Of a stretch of DNA of 64,000 nt, positions 15,001-23,615 are shown one piece after another. The position numbers were made by a program, and so were the translations under genes. This stretch comes from Albugo candida (lineage: Eukaryota), in assembly GCA_040437565.1 (NCBI GenBank), contig JBDOQK010000006.1, forward strand, positions 310,001-374,000. Direction: 5' to 3'. The notes below the pieces were generated by a model. The model was not told where the DNA came from, did not search any database, and saw only the letters and a list, made by a program, of their open reading frames with translations. The stretch's first letter is position 1. Each line of letters opens with the position of its first letter.

Positions 15001-17278
15001 CAATGGATACTCTACAGAAAGTCGGGATGGAAATCCGTGGAACATCACACCGGCTCAGTTTCGAACTATGGTGTCACTGCAAGATAGCAAGAGCCTTTAT
15101 TTCAAGCTCAACAACATACCTATCGAATCGCTGCTGATACATTTTGCTATTTTACGAGCATATAACAGATTGATGGCATCCGTATTGCCTTTCTTTGACC
15201 TTTCCTGGTACACTTTCAACTTAAACAGTAATGATTTGTCATGCCAGCTCTTTTCTCAATCACGTAGATTACTATTCACCTACATCAAGGACAAAATGAT
15301 GGAATCGCTTTTAGCTCGAACAGCACTTTCTCCTACCCGTACAGAAGATGAGCTTGATTTTCCCGATGATATTCCCCAAATCACAATCAACCGACCCAGA
15401 GCCGCATCAGCTCGAGCTTCGTACATGAACAACTTACATCGAAGATCAAAAGAACCAGCGGCAAAAGCTACCATTTTTGTTAAACCGAGATGGCTGTTCG
15501 ACTCTCTTTTTGGCCAGGCTTTTGAGGCGATTCACTATCTGTCATTTGATCAGCTTCGAACAGTTTACAATCATCCTATGGATGATGGCCAAATCCGAAG
15601 TTTCAAAGTCAACTTTGACGGAGAAGGCGCTGATGATTATGGTGGACCTTATAGGGAATTTTTCTCACAATTCTTTGTGGAGCTTCAATCGCTTGCAGAT
15701 ACTGGCGATGAAGATGCGAGGTGCTTTCTACCCTTTCTTATGCCATGCCCCAATTGGCGGAACGGAACTGGGTCCAACAGAGAAAAATTCATTCTGAATA
15801 CCAGAGAAATGCGAATCTGCCATCGTGAAGCATGCTTCATGAAGCATAGGTTGCACGAAAAGGATACTCGACGTGAATGGCATTCCATTCATTTGTATGA
15901 AGCCTTTTCTTTCCCAATATGCGATATGGAGAGAAATCTGAATGATTCGAGCTATGCAGTAGACGAAGCGACGAACCCGAATTATGGCTCGAGTGTGCGC
16001 AATATGAAGAGGAGTTGTTCTTGTCATGTGCAGGAGAAGTTTGAGTTACTCGGCGACATGTTTTACTTTATCGGGCAGATGTTTGGCATCTGTTTGCGCA
16101 CAAGAATATGCGCTCACATGGATCTCGCGACCTGCATATGGCAGAGCCTTCTATCGGTACACGAAGAAGAAAAGGATGAATTTACATGGAATAATCAGAG
16201 ATCAAAATCTGACAAAGAAACACTGCAGATGTTGCAGGAAATTGACAGTGTATCATACTCTTTGTTAATACAGCTACAAGCGATTTGTGCTGAAGTTGCT
16301 CAAACTGACATTTCAGATCAAAGGCGAGTGATGCTATTCCAAAATTTGGATGCAATGGATCTGACATTTGTGACGCATTTGTCTGATGGTGTCCTTGTCG
16401 AATTGTGTACCGACGGAAGCAATCGTGCTGTAACTTTGGATAATCTTGCCGAGTATATTGCCAAGTGCTTACGAGCAAGGCGACGTGAGAATGTCCAAAT
16501 CATAAGCATCATAAAGCAAGGTATGGCATCGGTAGTTCCTTTTGCAGCTCTCTCGCTGTACACAAGCGACGAGCTCGTGAGGCGCTTTTGTGGAGATGAA
16601 CATATGAATATCGAGATTCTGAAAGAAAATACGGACTACGATGAAGGGATCTGTGATCAGGACGAATGTATACAGAGATTCTGGAGGGTACTATCTGATT
16701 TCACAGAGCAAGATAAACGTATGTTCTTACAATTTGTGTGGGCGCGATCACATCTTCCTGCCGGTACGAGTCGTTTTCATCAGAAGTTCAAAATACAGAA
16801 GTCTCCCGGCCTCGATACGGAACATTCAAATGTCGTGATTTCAGTGCCAGGAGGTCCAATGACCACAAGAGCTATTTCTCGTGCTGTTGATAATGATTTA
16901 ATTCAGCAAACTAGCGCAGAAACTCTGTTACAGAGTCAACTACAGATTGACCGTTCTTGCACGACGGCAACCGCTGAAGGGGGGTCAACAAGCATGGAGA
17001 CAAAGATGATTCCAGAAAAGTACGAAGATTCAAAACTTCCTCGATCGCATACCTGCTTCTTTGCGTTGCAACTACCACGATACTCTAATGATGAGATTTG
17101 CCGAAAGCAATTGTTGTATGCAATACACAACTGTGTAGAGATGGATGGCGATTTTCGGCCGGCAGACTCTGAATCAAGTAGCTGGAAAGAACTTGACACC
17201 GAATCACCTTCGACTTCGATCATGTCATCTCAAACGTCGCAACTATCAGAAGTAGGTAGAAATGTTTTCTTATCTTAA
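3005..17278 (+). CDS. Giant HERC-like HECT E3 ubiquitin ligase (RCC1 repeats, LamG/ConA-like, UBA, SPRY/B30.2, HECT)
   Basis: Single long ORF. RCC1 repeats (WSCGQNSYGELGHG, GRNDFGQLGTG etc., about 4715-5880); LamG-like WSISGWLYL..KWTQFTVV..LYLNGLLE (about 9710-10350); UBA LKMMGFPQSWCLLALQET (about 12460-12570); SPRY GCHHWSFRI..GDIIECKLDLEFGTL (about 13900-14320); HECT FDGEGADDYGGPYRE..FLQFVWARS..LPRSHTCFFAL. Start may be ATG 3005 or 3122. Contains a 327-nt gap artefact. Confidence 0.93.
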   Translation: MSPEIYVVIETMHGCVKINTSLRLVGIFLRPWYFSEIFTMESKSLSDYLPGEIPMQVGFRWSLMDINELQTYKICYLQEQRDFNIKEARDMQNRVKRKQSINYKLTEHGTCVTDNVIGSKLLNNMGVLGIEKINNTDIFNVLCSTGDFCKTQLTTMISKHTRSKLIKLCIAGTQDYIQDFFFTRQRLLRRILYAVHREQHRLHVSLSRYEKNMVDLLLSRLNNQGHETQSSAYQPTFKSLNMYVEVPSNADKNKGQIDSNEEIINQTKISPHLTPVPVRHALESIFVEQSEYLGRDSAVYLSHQVGIVIDNLIQSISNLGPSACFSASAESNPMSDSTFSRKIQENNPAVQQLLLNVCVANKLKMGIQSEIGEKVTTINPYMRLRAFLCHLHMAVTNGSFSELLNVVKLLCSYDSRSVKQSAGTLPVEEINAIDITKVIDDLFKEVYNGSDIYDTLLDAMTGQDVPSSTAISPKACRNTQKLDHVDIQSVNISADAQKVHSVQILGSNAPDISNKSRLEELRSVFSLLGTIILSLEDVRHDERIIEDSELEADNNECKYPFFTPCDDEKAQVWSCGQNSYGELGHGDTVTRNIFTCVNSLLQRSIEEIAAGNEHSLVLTKEGEVLTCGYNDNGQCGHNSTKRAPYFKSMSGLTDTRVTNIYSFNGCEHSLLLTRDGRVATCGFNDYGQLGQGNTNSLIVPKFISSFGKRQVRKISCSYYHTIFACSDLGTQFPMFLYSCGRNDFGQLGTGDIDNRNVPTLVVKFPASAIVLSLGCGQYHSIVIFSTRSKNDLGQLCAFGKNDCGQLGTGKSGNQCLPVFLSSFRCSTIAQHNPKVVKCGYYHNIVLCEEGHLWGFGRNDHGQLGFETNSYDGISYSSRPQLIKGLEGKDVSTVACGSYHTIVACESGLLYVFGRNNHGQLGTGDVDDRAEPFPLVTFINRRISRLSAGFYHTVVLIGGSQIDEPVYLDGKEAGNDDERRHDYYHDALLTHPLVSQMLNLQFSTCPESISSITEENLIEDDHVRINSVSYDRVFESEIPQAKNMYSLVLLIALLAQLSRLCEPHFPKNLHRTELGTGVLSTTGIIAATPEHLTSLYGKIRSSNTPTFPTPKNVKLHVIDPSPGTLRSLLDLLKAFEQADCKILMNYALLDRILHNGSSKSNFSKFSSHTYMKEVVLDLIQVNLKRFLHSGHAHLIMLGQMFGENKNMMGRMEKLQGMQIVIFAIRDHLLKYFDEITSPSRLNDLYMRTFLQNWDIFFPCLCLQNHFIMSLFPDQDTPISCSIIDSYVSCLQYHQSRNDSKVVFGYPNLRMQAKAMLLSPVLSLVSDDSHMVKSMSVSYDHCSQHPSRIHEGIWHSKQLLYKLILEQLMADNIDALNDGKGMDTFGAGSSQSAHYFQFLTGHLKQITSWVNYQPHWSIPVPAVIETTTNISNRINHILRFILSHEAALRAPRDHCSEIIPSSWRYFLDFVSVTLLHCDELLQQYAEYAFPHPTLENLMKVLKEQTAVGRVLPSILSCLMALVTNSLVASSLYPSLIKLLKSFSELNQHLGQNNKPDWLDENIPAEGDKPHQSIVKKVFKLPWNELLQKELVTIAVDLAIQSSKGDCPFNLEWVATPKESVSKYPDSAPTQISLDEWSISKLFESGLDSEVYDKNRFQSTKIGKRIFSKTSIKRLRFHSDYALMTHGEIKQFLWNLSAQEPTEMINDAIIFSEWVRSQYRKNDGAYNILLRQRKEQGPVDEHKDLHSERIVAVENAVFAALLKHTPNLALMACFFSSRMKRDQYKTCSSPLPKSLYALWRKVAGVSKENASRKRSLQQQDKDLKPYYCSQQSIIERSQFLLGIANRAFVEGGETVTTGRVYASIGIFGRSCNISSFWKRLRARFYVCIRWKVVTAFVDASSNEIIKFIMDPRIPEDRIGLEMFCTVLTVESTRRIQSCISGMRALREITSWVSLVMSPALQDDVLGGIGRVLLLNPSFPHVQHYAYTQHEEEKPRVSAFPRRTSFKLLSNSAASNQDSNHQHLQLFGSVSLPLAGSVYGQSVSTSRKEIWHHFFSRMSDLMYVYLQIEQKMCFTSDQRWFYRLFTKTVSCCSLEVIPSSYNSKWNIFKFLQYILEHLPTNESANSINVNGIIESVRLYLHGLLMQVYTDPINGTKSKESMIPTANDITYNEMIRLQQIEDVEVVKFRDSMTSSKSFKNYIIMDPVRLSDINKGVVAAPGYATLSDSDESVKMGFNGRNNDWSISGWLYLLQVPSVTDTNVPFNSFISSHNIHDDDAMMRFILIRENTMHIFPYVLLSGRYDTNKNKTCWFLEAGQGIGNKFDQKNPKIQHLDRLCSKQSLPQKKWTQFTVVSDQHKFRLYLNGLLEAQCTPQARPSKLPNGGLDSTFYIGRAFNHMNASEDGKGNVNYAKQFLSLLSNESDTGREVMTSMNGYVALVSNHLRALSPIHARIVYEKEKEQIGEYFITKQLRARYKSKDGDESANDMVPLKQCRSHKLVELLSILRFSIFTTTNTNVTITKENMNRWIELIWLQLQKGSCWSLMQASIRLLPELLLGASNLRDFTEHSFGLNSHEKSSLHSNDIEEIFHLIGAFTDLRTRRKISESRMLTNTDDCRPWCAFCDCVQPRQNKNIAFANEFVRLLDYLAVSAPQNWGSAIQKSALCILEAEGDSITSITRKFGVGYYFGGIIEIDNYCGATVEILSSGRISSIVGHSAKFHGPDMKQSEEVDDLVLIKLRDCPSCAAYSGHKADNYDEPGCLCGITQLPAGLLALGATRAPFVCEFMGLHSPNFIRQVTDNARMELIEFMSCSTTRQVIDQAQVVTSLMXXXXXXXXXXXXXXXXXXXXXXXXXXXXXXXXXXNYDEPGCLCGITQLPAGLLALGATRAPFVCEFMGLHSPNFIRQVTDNARMELIEFMSCSTTRQVIDQAQVVTSLMRIMTNMARRESFACHISSDPNLMELLLNFALIEEKLHRQNICGITQRVWILRCRLHKVIEQLEGEAEAELEKACQSISMFRTTTYSRKSRNPDALPIVDKNDSVHVNKDFRISESNIKGSFFTSQHDVYYDEERHDPSRSNSSSTKNEVEDEYEHEQYLTVCGLDHGSSSSDMSDSSETQEQDDTEWLNYDSGLDLDEIESGKVTNEASIREDDPYHLKKSIDELKMMGFPQSWCLLALQETGEDIVTASTWLVDNLENLIGSQAELDKNKFQELKVKCCAYSDEEDDPVEDEVQERSDISSQNIRSQERNTEGARIEEETARKIFAETYFPLHDGGYYHNIRDQYVQTWKKAPSTIRGTRQTSTDVPPHTSNVLTDARPGISSMDATAMYIHTCTEVKAFQERVDEIMDLGILLQLLVDHELAQTIIMSRNIVANILSAKKMGRMPTLQEASYSAFFEYIKLVFWRGDQFILIQESECSDRTTKRSRLYMKEVVKISLKSFMRLNPEEFTDSLVMFILRELESACSNDRYKSILWTNRPLHRSDSAVLREPGIEIITFVFDWMLHENESRAICRGVFNLCNELGENLYKSTNLAIRFICNHICSHSLNYLLRRGEKFPERLIIQSPVLLKAAHARYTREWMQHRFFFSNYLLSYVDLLHVLCKINHTVFELLSTHQPASKKSDRPLAFQTRNISLIKYKVSQDATTVAYRGQHVWNTIVAVESYTTGCHHWSFRIDKLPSCYLFLGVCSDKSNTYSFLGSDNESWGLMGDGGLYHRHNRVQTCSSKLSEGDIIECKLDLEFGTLLYTKNGTEMGCFDNIIGRVAPAVSFYSRSQKVSLLASKPSESPNPFSDIPVLMTHNPTGEIDGTIRDCVWACKWMEWFLADLDDSASDAAPSLPNNIAHYAYDMYQEWIKEKTYCVATRTGGLLWVDISEQHGASMQPTKRVTTSRGPGTIVGTSYDRIWVRLDDEDGIWFFHSSKMIRIDDPAVNQFPETGGNSASKYNLNQESEVLMKNDQYKTSPEMLGSDIGHKMSPMLSREEFDEYCRSSAVLPHLRFDLSQHLIDFANGYSTESRDGNPWNITPAQFRTMVSLQDSKSLYFKLNNIPIESLLIHFAILRAYNRLMASVLPFFDLSWYTFNLNSNDLSCQLFSQSRRLLFTYIKDKMMESLLARTALSPTRTEDELDFPDDIPQITINRPRAASARASYMNNLHRRSKEPAAKATIFVKPRWLFDSLFGQAFEAIHYLSFDQLRTVYNHPMDDGQIRSFKVNFDGEGADDYGGPYREFFSQFFVELQSLADTGDEDARCFLPFLMPCPNWRNGTGSNREKFILNTREMRICHREACFMKHRLHEKDTRREWHSIHLYEAFSFPICDMERNLNDSSYAVDEATNPNYGSSVRNMKRSCSCHVQEKFELLGDMFYFIGQMFGICLRTRICAHMDLATCIWQSLLSVHEEEKDEFTWNNQRSKSDKETLQMLQEIDSVSYSLLIQLQAICAEVAQTDISDQRRVMLFQNLDAMDLTFVTHLSDGVLVELCTDGSNRAVTLDNLAEYIAKCLRARRRENVQIISIIKQGMASVVPFAALSLYTSDELVRRFCGDEHMNIEILKENTDYDEGICDQDECIQRFWRVLSDFTEQDKRMFLQFVWARSHLPAGTSRFHQKFKIQKSPGLDTEHSNVVISVPGGPMTTRAISRAVDNDLIQQTSAETLLQSQLQIDRSCTTATAEGGSTSMETKMIPEKYEDSKLPRSHTCFFALQLPRYSNDEICRKQLLYAIHNCVEMDGDFRPADSESSSWKELDTESPSTSIMSSQTSQLSEVGRNVFLS
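11245..11798. other. 100-N scaffold gap with 227-bp flanking duplication (assembly artefact)
   Basis: 11245-11471 is repeated at 11572-11798. Confidence 0.92.
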
Positions 17279-20200
17279 GAAACACTATAAAAGTTATCCG
17301 ATTTAATGAGTGCATTGCGATGCTGACTGCGGAAATTGATGCTAATAGGATATGTGCTCGGTCGAAAAAAGGAAGATTGGAAACAAATTTATCTTATCAG
17401 CAAAGTATTTTTATGTCATCGTCGACAGGATGGAAGACAAGAATTGTTCACTGGTGGGTTTACCAGAGCTCACAAATCATTATAATGCTGAATGTGATCC
17501 CTATATCGAGAGAAAAAGAGTTCGGATTTCACCCTCTCTTTGATAGAATGCTTATGAGGATTCATCAATTGTGAGCAATGGCTGCAGGCCTTCGCCAGCT
17601 TTGAAAACTGCGACAGATCAGGGTATCTATATGGAAGAGATTGTAAAATGAGTTGATATCAAATTGCTGACACGGATCGCCTTGCAATCGGTTATGATCT
17701 CAAGAGGCCATTTCCTTCAATCAAAATAATGACATAAGTCCTTTTATGAGCTCTGTTTGCGCTGCATGAGCAATTTAGCTGCAGGAAATAGTGCAAGAAC
17801 TATAAGCAGAGTTGTTCAATGTTGGAGATATAAGGCGATTCACTGCCGTATTTTTTGTACTTCGTCTTCTCACTTTTTCAAGAATCTGGCAAAATTTTGG
17901 TGAATGCAGGAGGTAGTGCTACACACACATGAGTCTCGCATAGGCAAACAGGTCATGCTTGGAGACAGCTTTGAAGACTACGCGCACCTTTCAGACAAAT
18001 ACAATGGATGCTTTTGATACCGACATTCAATGCATTATCCCAAAATGGTCTGCTGACGAAAAACGAACATACGTCTGTATGCGATCATGAACACACAACA
18101 GCGTTTCTTACAATATGCTAGCTTACCTGGTCCCATCAATTCTTTGCTTGTGTGCTTCCTCTTTGCGAACCAATTTATGGCGGGTTTGAACACTATCTAA
18201 GTCTTATCTACTGCGTTGCGACCACGCGACCATAGGACTGACGTGGATGTCATGCTAGATTCTCCAGCGTCTCCGTAGATTGCTAGGCTTTTGGTGGCTT
18301 AACATTTGTTTCCGGCAAGTTAAATTTTTTTGGGTTCACGGGCTGTTCAGGGTACTCACAGATTTTGTAGATGCCTTAAGAGCATGTAGTGAGTGTATAC
18401 AGAATCATTGCTTGCTTTTTTGTTGTTGATCATACTGTCGTGGTCTTTTTCATGCAAGTGAGTGTCTAGAGGTGCAGCTTAAAACTATTGTACGGAACCT
18501 TCTACTTCAAGCCATCGCTAGCCTACAGTAGTCTTCCTGTCTTAGATGTTCATGTGATGCACACGATTTGGTCACTCTACTTACGATAGCTAAAAAGAGA
18601 TATCTTATTTTAACCGGGGGAGCAGTACTAATCTTCCAACTGATATAAAAAATGTACCAGAGATATGCACTTTTTGATACGCCTGAAGATTGATGCTGCC
18701 CTGGCTGTGATATAGAATTCTTCCCATTGCGTATGCTGACGACTAGTACATATGTTGGAGTAATCCCCACTTTTGAACCCGAAATTTGAAGTCAACCATG
18801 TATGGTAGACTTCACCACATACAGGTGGTGGGCTGTACGGGACATATAATCAGAGGACGTGATGTTTTGGGAAAAAAATCTGAAACGGAACCAGTTTAAG
18901 AACAGAAATTCGAGCGTTTTCACGAACACATTTCACATCATTTGTCCGTGTGAAGTCATCCTTGTTCAAGCATTTGGAATGCACACATAAGGGAAGCAAT
19001 AGCACCCAGCTGCATGATGGACTCACCCTCGTCAATCAAATCACATATAACATTTTTTCAAACCAGTACTGGCATTACTAATTAGATTTGAGTGACAAAT
19101 TCGTAGTTCGTGTATGTAGAATTCTCAAGGCAAGTTTTGTCACTAGGCATTATGCTTTTGATAAAAATGTCAAAACGACGCGAGTCTTGGAACTCGGTGA
19201 TTGCTGGAGTACATTGACTGCTCATAAGCGAGGCGACTGTTGGCTTCGTGCGCAAGAGAGTCGTAGGGAACGTGCGATTATGAGCAGACAGTAAAAGTTT
19301 GAATATAAGCTTTAGTTTTATATCTACCTTTTCGGGCGCACTACGAATCAATAAAAAATGCTGCAGAAATCGACGTTGTGATGATCTAGGCAGGCGATTC
19401 AACCCCGCGAGACATGTGGAAGGTATGATCGAGATAGAGACGTGTCGAATTGTTCGATAAAGCAGTACAAAACCGTACATTTGTGACGACAGACCACATG
19501 TCCTGACTGACGTCGCTCAAATTGCCAATAATTACATTCTGGCCAAACATTTTGCATTCGGTAGCATTGTAAAGGCCAGCAAAAGAAAGCAATGTACGGT
19601 GTCGCTGGCTTCGTGACGATTCTATATCATGCAGGAGCTAGTCGCATTGTACTCATATCTCGGCTTATAATGATCTTTAGCATGTATTACCGGTGTGACA
19701 TGCTATGTATCGAATAACATATCCTTCTCATTCCGTCAGATTTTGGCAGTTGTGCAACCACTTTGTGCTTCAAGAAAATTAACATGCACATCCTATCAAG
19801 CAACAAATTACCCTGAATTTGATGAGAAGAGCGCATATCATGTCGTTTTATGAACTGGAGCAGATTAGTGAGTAAAGGAAGCCATTCGGCATATACTTGC
19901 CATTATGTGCTCTCAAAAACTTCTATCATCGCACGACCTTTGGCACAAAGCTAGCTGATGACGAATCACTGTGGGACAATCATGTGCTTTCTGATGCAGT
20001 GCGAAGTCGAATGGGGCTATAGAAGCAAAACCACAAAGAGGAAAGAAACGTACTGCTGCCAATATAGATTGTAAGGAACCCACACCAAACAGCAAAATTC
20101 TTGCGTTCTTCCTAAGGCAAGCAACGGAAGTAGCATAATAGATGAAAGATTACAGAAACAAGAGTATGCTTGAGTATGTAACGGTCTGAGCGATCTTTTT

Positions 20201-21527
20201 CATCAGGAAAACAAATGCATACAATCGAGAGAGAAACATTCGTGTCGAGGCCATCTATGGAGTCAGGTCTCGCCGTCGAGTACTGTGTCGCGCCAATGAA
20301 GGAAACACCAGTCAAAAGCACAGTGTACTCTTTTGCTCCAAGTAGCTAGCAGAATGCTGTTTCGCCAATGTCAAAAGCGATATACTGAGATCGTAGACAT
20401 CATGTAAACACACCTGGCAGCGCCTACTTGTGCAAGAGACATCAGAAATGTATTCGGAGATCGGATCACCATACAGTCTGGCGCATTTCTTTTCTCAAAT
20501 GCAAAACAGTCATTTTAAGGTCTAATATGTATGCAGCAATAGACGTAGATAGACCCGAATGTGTAGTTCAAATAAAGAAAAGTAGATCATACCCGCAGTA
20601 TGCCTTCTAATCTACCGTTCTCAAGTTGTATGACAGCGGTTCCGCTTGCATCTACTTGCAGCAGAATTGGACACCAAGATTGGCATCGCTGGTCGGGAAA
20701 CAAGGTATCGGTGACATCTGATATTTTAGGCTTTTCATTGAGCAGGTTGTATATTATACATCTCTTTATGTAAAGTTTGTGTGTCTTGCAAATCTCATGA
20801 GGATGAGTGGATCTTGTCGAATGCAGCGATTCTACTCAAGTTTTGGAAAGTCATGACGACAAAGAATGTGAGGGGAACTAGACTGGCGACAGACTTGTCT
20901 CAATATGCTTTTCTGGCGCGACATGACGTTCATGATAAACAAACGATTAGCCTGATATTGTAAGATGAGTGTTAACAATCGGACACGTTGCGATGATTCA
21001 AATAGCGCAACCACAAGGGTGGTAGGGCTGTGGAGGCACATCCCCTACCATGATTTCTGTAGAATTCATGGATCTATACATCTATGTAAAAGCCGCTGAC
21101 GTGCGAGCTGGCAGGTGCGCTATTGAAAATGTCACTTACAATGCGCGACAGCGACAGAAATAAGAATTTAGTGCTTAGGGAAAAGTGAGAAGTGTTTATA
21201 AGATAATATCGCTCAACGTGATCATAGCGATTAGTATAAATTGACTGATGCTTCCTGTCGTATCAAGTTGGCTCCCTCGTTGGTTCTTTGTACCTCGAGA
21301 ATAGGGCAGTATCTGCGGATCCGTATCAGGGTACAGCGCACCGGATTGTACCCGAGAAGCATCTGGTTCTGTCCGTTTCTACACGTGTTAGCTTTAATGA
21401 TAAATACTGTAAAGCGTAGGAGCGCATTTGCAAAAACAAGTATCGCGTCCGACTTCTCCCTCCCATATTCTTCCTGATTATTTCGATTCATAGTTTGATC
21501 ATCAAAGTCTATTAAAGATATATTGAG

Positions 21528-23615
21528 ATGCGAAAACCTGGCATCGTATCGAATACTGCAGGCTATCCGGAAATGGATGCATTTGTTCCTCAACATCAAT
21601 CTCCTATCTACAACGCGCAAAAATCGTGCCAGCTGTGTCCGGCTAACGAGTCCTTCGACGGGACAACCTCGAAATCATTACACGGGGCGTATTTTAACAA
21701 AAATTCACCAACTTCCCGATGCAGTGGGAATATGATGAGCAAGAGTGGGATAGCAAGTAGTACCAGGAATGCAAGAAGTCTGAATTACTGTCAGCAAGAA
21801 TCAACTAGAGGATATTCGGAAATTGCGATGAAAACCAGTGATCCGGATTCAGGCTTATGTGCGTCTAATTTGTATCGTGCTGTTGCTGCCTCCGCGTGCC
21901 ATCGAGGACAGCAAGAACAAATAATACATGGACAAAAGAAAACACGACAGTATACCAGAAATTCTTATGTCGGTTCAGAAAATTGTATAAGTGAAGTTAA
22001 GCTAAATGCCGCGAATTTGCATGCTCATTCAAAGCAATACAACTCTCGACGACGCACTCTATCGAGCTACGCTCATGTAGCCGAACATGCAAGAATTGAC
22101 AGCGGATGGCAAGTAGCAACGGACCCGAAGACTAAACGCTGTTACTATTACCATACGTTGACACGCAAAACAACCTGGAAGAAACCACGCGAATTAGTGG
22201 AAAAGGAAAAACGCGAGAAGGTCCAATTTTTTGCGACCATGGAATACAACATTAGGGAGAAATATCACACAGGTCATTGGCTCCGCAGAGACAATTCTAC
22301 AGGAAGTGACACTGACGCAATTTCCACGCCAGAAACGTACGGAAGTGGAAAGCATGATGATTTTATTTCTCGAGACTCGTTACCTGAATCTTACAACTAC
22401 AAGCAATATTCACCACCCAAGGGTTCTGACTATGACTGCAGTACAACCGATTTGTCGGTGGTAACATCTCAGCCATCATTGTTCCGCACTATTTCATCTT
22501 ATGAAACTACTGATTCAACCAAAAGAGACAGCAGTTGTGAAACATCTCCCACCTCCACGTACACATCGTCCCCAATAGCAGAGCGTATTCGTTTGGTTGT
22601 CGAATGTACGAATGATGACTATCTTCATAAACATGCGATTAAGACTCGGAACAAATCTACCTCCACCGTGTCTTCTGACTGTGTTCAGTCTTCATCGCCT
22701 ACTGGTCGTTCACGTTCAAATAGCACAGGTACTATTTACGTGCGCATGGGAACCATGAATACCCCAGATCAAGATACTACTATTGTGTGTGTTGCAACGG
22801 TGGTATTGGTTCACCTCATGGAAGCTCGAGCAGCGCCTATATTAAACAGCTCTAAATTTGATGTTTTTATCCGTCCGAAAGATTTTCAGCTGCAGCTTCA
22901 AGCCTCCTATGAACAAGAACCTCATGCATCAATTCCCTCAGTCCAAGAGATTGCTCGTTTTATTCAACGCATCTACTCACGTGCCCAAATGGAGTCGGAG
23001 TGTATCATAATGACACTTATCTATGTGGAGCGGCTATTGAAAAGCACCAGTGGATTCCTACAATTGCAAACATCCAATTGGCGATGCATTCTATTCTGTT
23101 CGATGATCATGGCGTCCAAAGTATGGGACGATCTGAGTATGTGTAATGCGGACTTTTCCAAAATATGGCCGGAACTGAGCTTACAAGAGATCAATGAGCT
23201 CGAACTGACTTATCTGCAAGCTGTGGAGTATAATGTGCGTGTATCAGCGGTCTCGTATGCAAAATACTACTTTCATCTGCGTTCAATGTGCGCTTCAATG
23301 GGATGGCTTTCTGCTTTTGAAGAAAATATCCCTTTAAATCTAGATGGTGCACGAAAGATGCAAGTGTTGTCGGAAGAATATCAGGAGCGATCCAAATTCA
23401 TTCCGGTCCCTCGTCGGCGGAGTCGCACTCTCGCCAATACACACAGCGTGCAAATTTCAGACCTCGAAAAAGATCCTGCCAATGTTCCGCTTTTTGATGA
23501 GAAGCGAAGCAAAGTAGGAGCTAGTCTCGAGCAATTGGTCCAGATGGAAGTACGCGGTGCTGGCGGTCTCTCGCTCTACAGCATGCATCGAATGGCAAGC
23601 TGCCAAGGAGTATGA
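21528..23615 (+). CDS. WW-domain-containing cyclin Y-like protein
   Basis: WW motif WQVATDPKTKRCYYYHTLTRKTTWKKP; cyclin-Y-type box ECIIMTLIYVERL..NWR..MASKVWDDLSMCNADF..INELE..L.YNV.V..S.YAKYYF. Confidence 0.88.
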   Translation: MRKPGIVSNTAGYPEMDAFVPQHQSPIYNAQKSCQLCPANESFDGTTSKSLHGAYFNKNSPTSRCSGNMMSKSGIASSTRNARSLNYCQQESTRGYSEIAMKTSDPDSGLCASNLYRAVAASACHRGQQEQIIHGQKKTRQYTRNSYVGSENCISEVKLNAANLHAHSKQYNSRRRTLSSYAHVAEHARIDSGWQVATDPKTKRCYYYHTLTRKTTWKKPRELVEKEKREKVQFFATMEYNIREKYHTGHWLRRDNSTGSDTDAISTPETYGSGKHDDFISRDSLPESYNYKQYSPPKGSDYDCSTTDLSVVTSQPSLFRTISSYETTDSTKRDSSCETSPTSTYTSSPIAERIRLVVECTNDDYLHKHAIKTRNKSTSTVSSDCVQSSSPTGRSRSNSTGTIYVRMGTMNTPDQDTTIVCVATVVLVHLMEARAAPILNSSKFDVFIRPKDFQLQLQASYEQEPHASIPSVQEIARFIQRIYSRAQMESECIIMTLIYVERLLKSTSGFLQLQTSNWRCILFCSMIMASKVWDDLSMCNADFSKIWPELSLQEINELELTYLQAVEYNVRVSAVSYAKYYFHLRSMCASMGWLSAFEENIPLNLDGARKMQVLSEEYQERSKFIPVPRRRSRTLANTHSVQISDLEKDPANVPLFDEKRSKVGASLEQLVQMEVRGAGGLSLYSMHRMASCQGV

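Noticed and set aside
18115..18140. CTTACCTGG resembling the 5' end of U1 snRNA
   Set aside because: It lacks the ATA prefix, and no U1 stem-loops or Sm site are recognisable at the expected spacing.
18788..18831. Two small adjacent hairpins (gaagtcaaccat/atggtagacttc; caccac/gtggtg)
   Set aside because: Short and plausible by chance; no transposon terminus, target-site duplication or RNA family signature.
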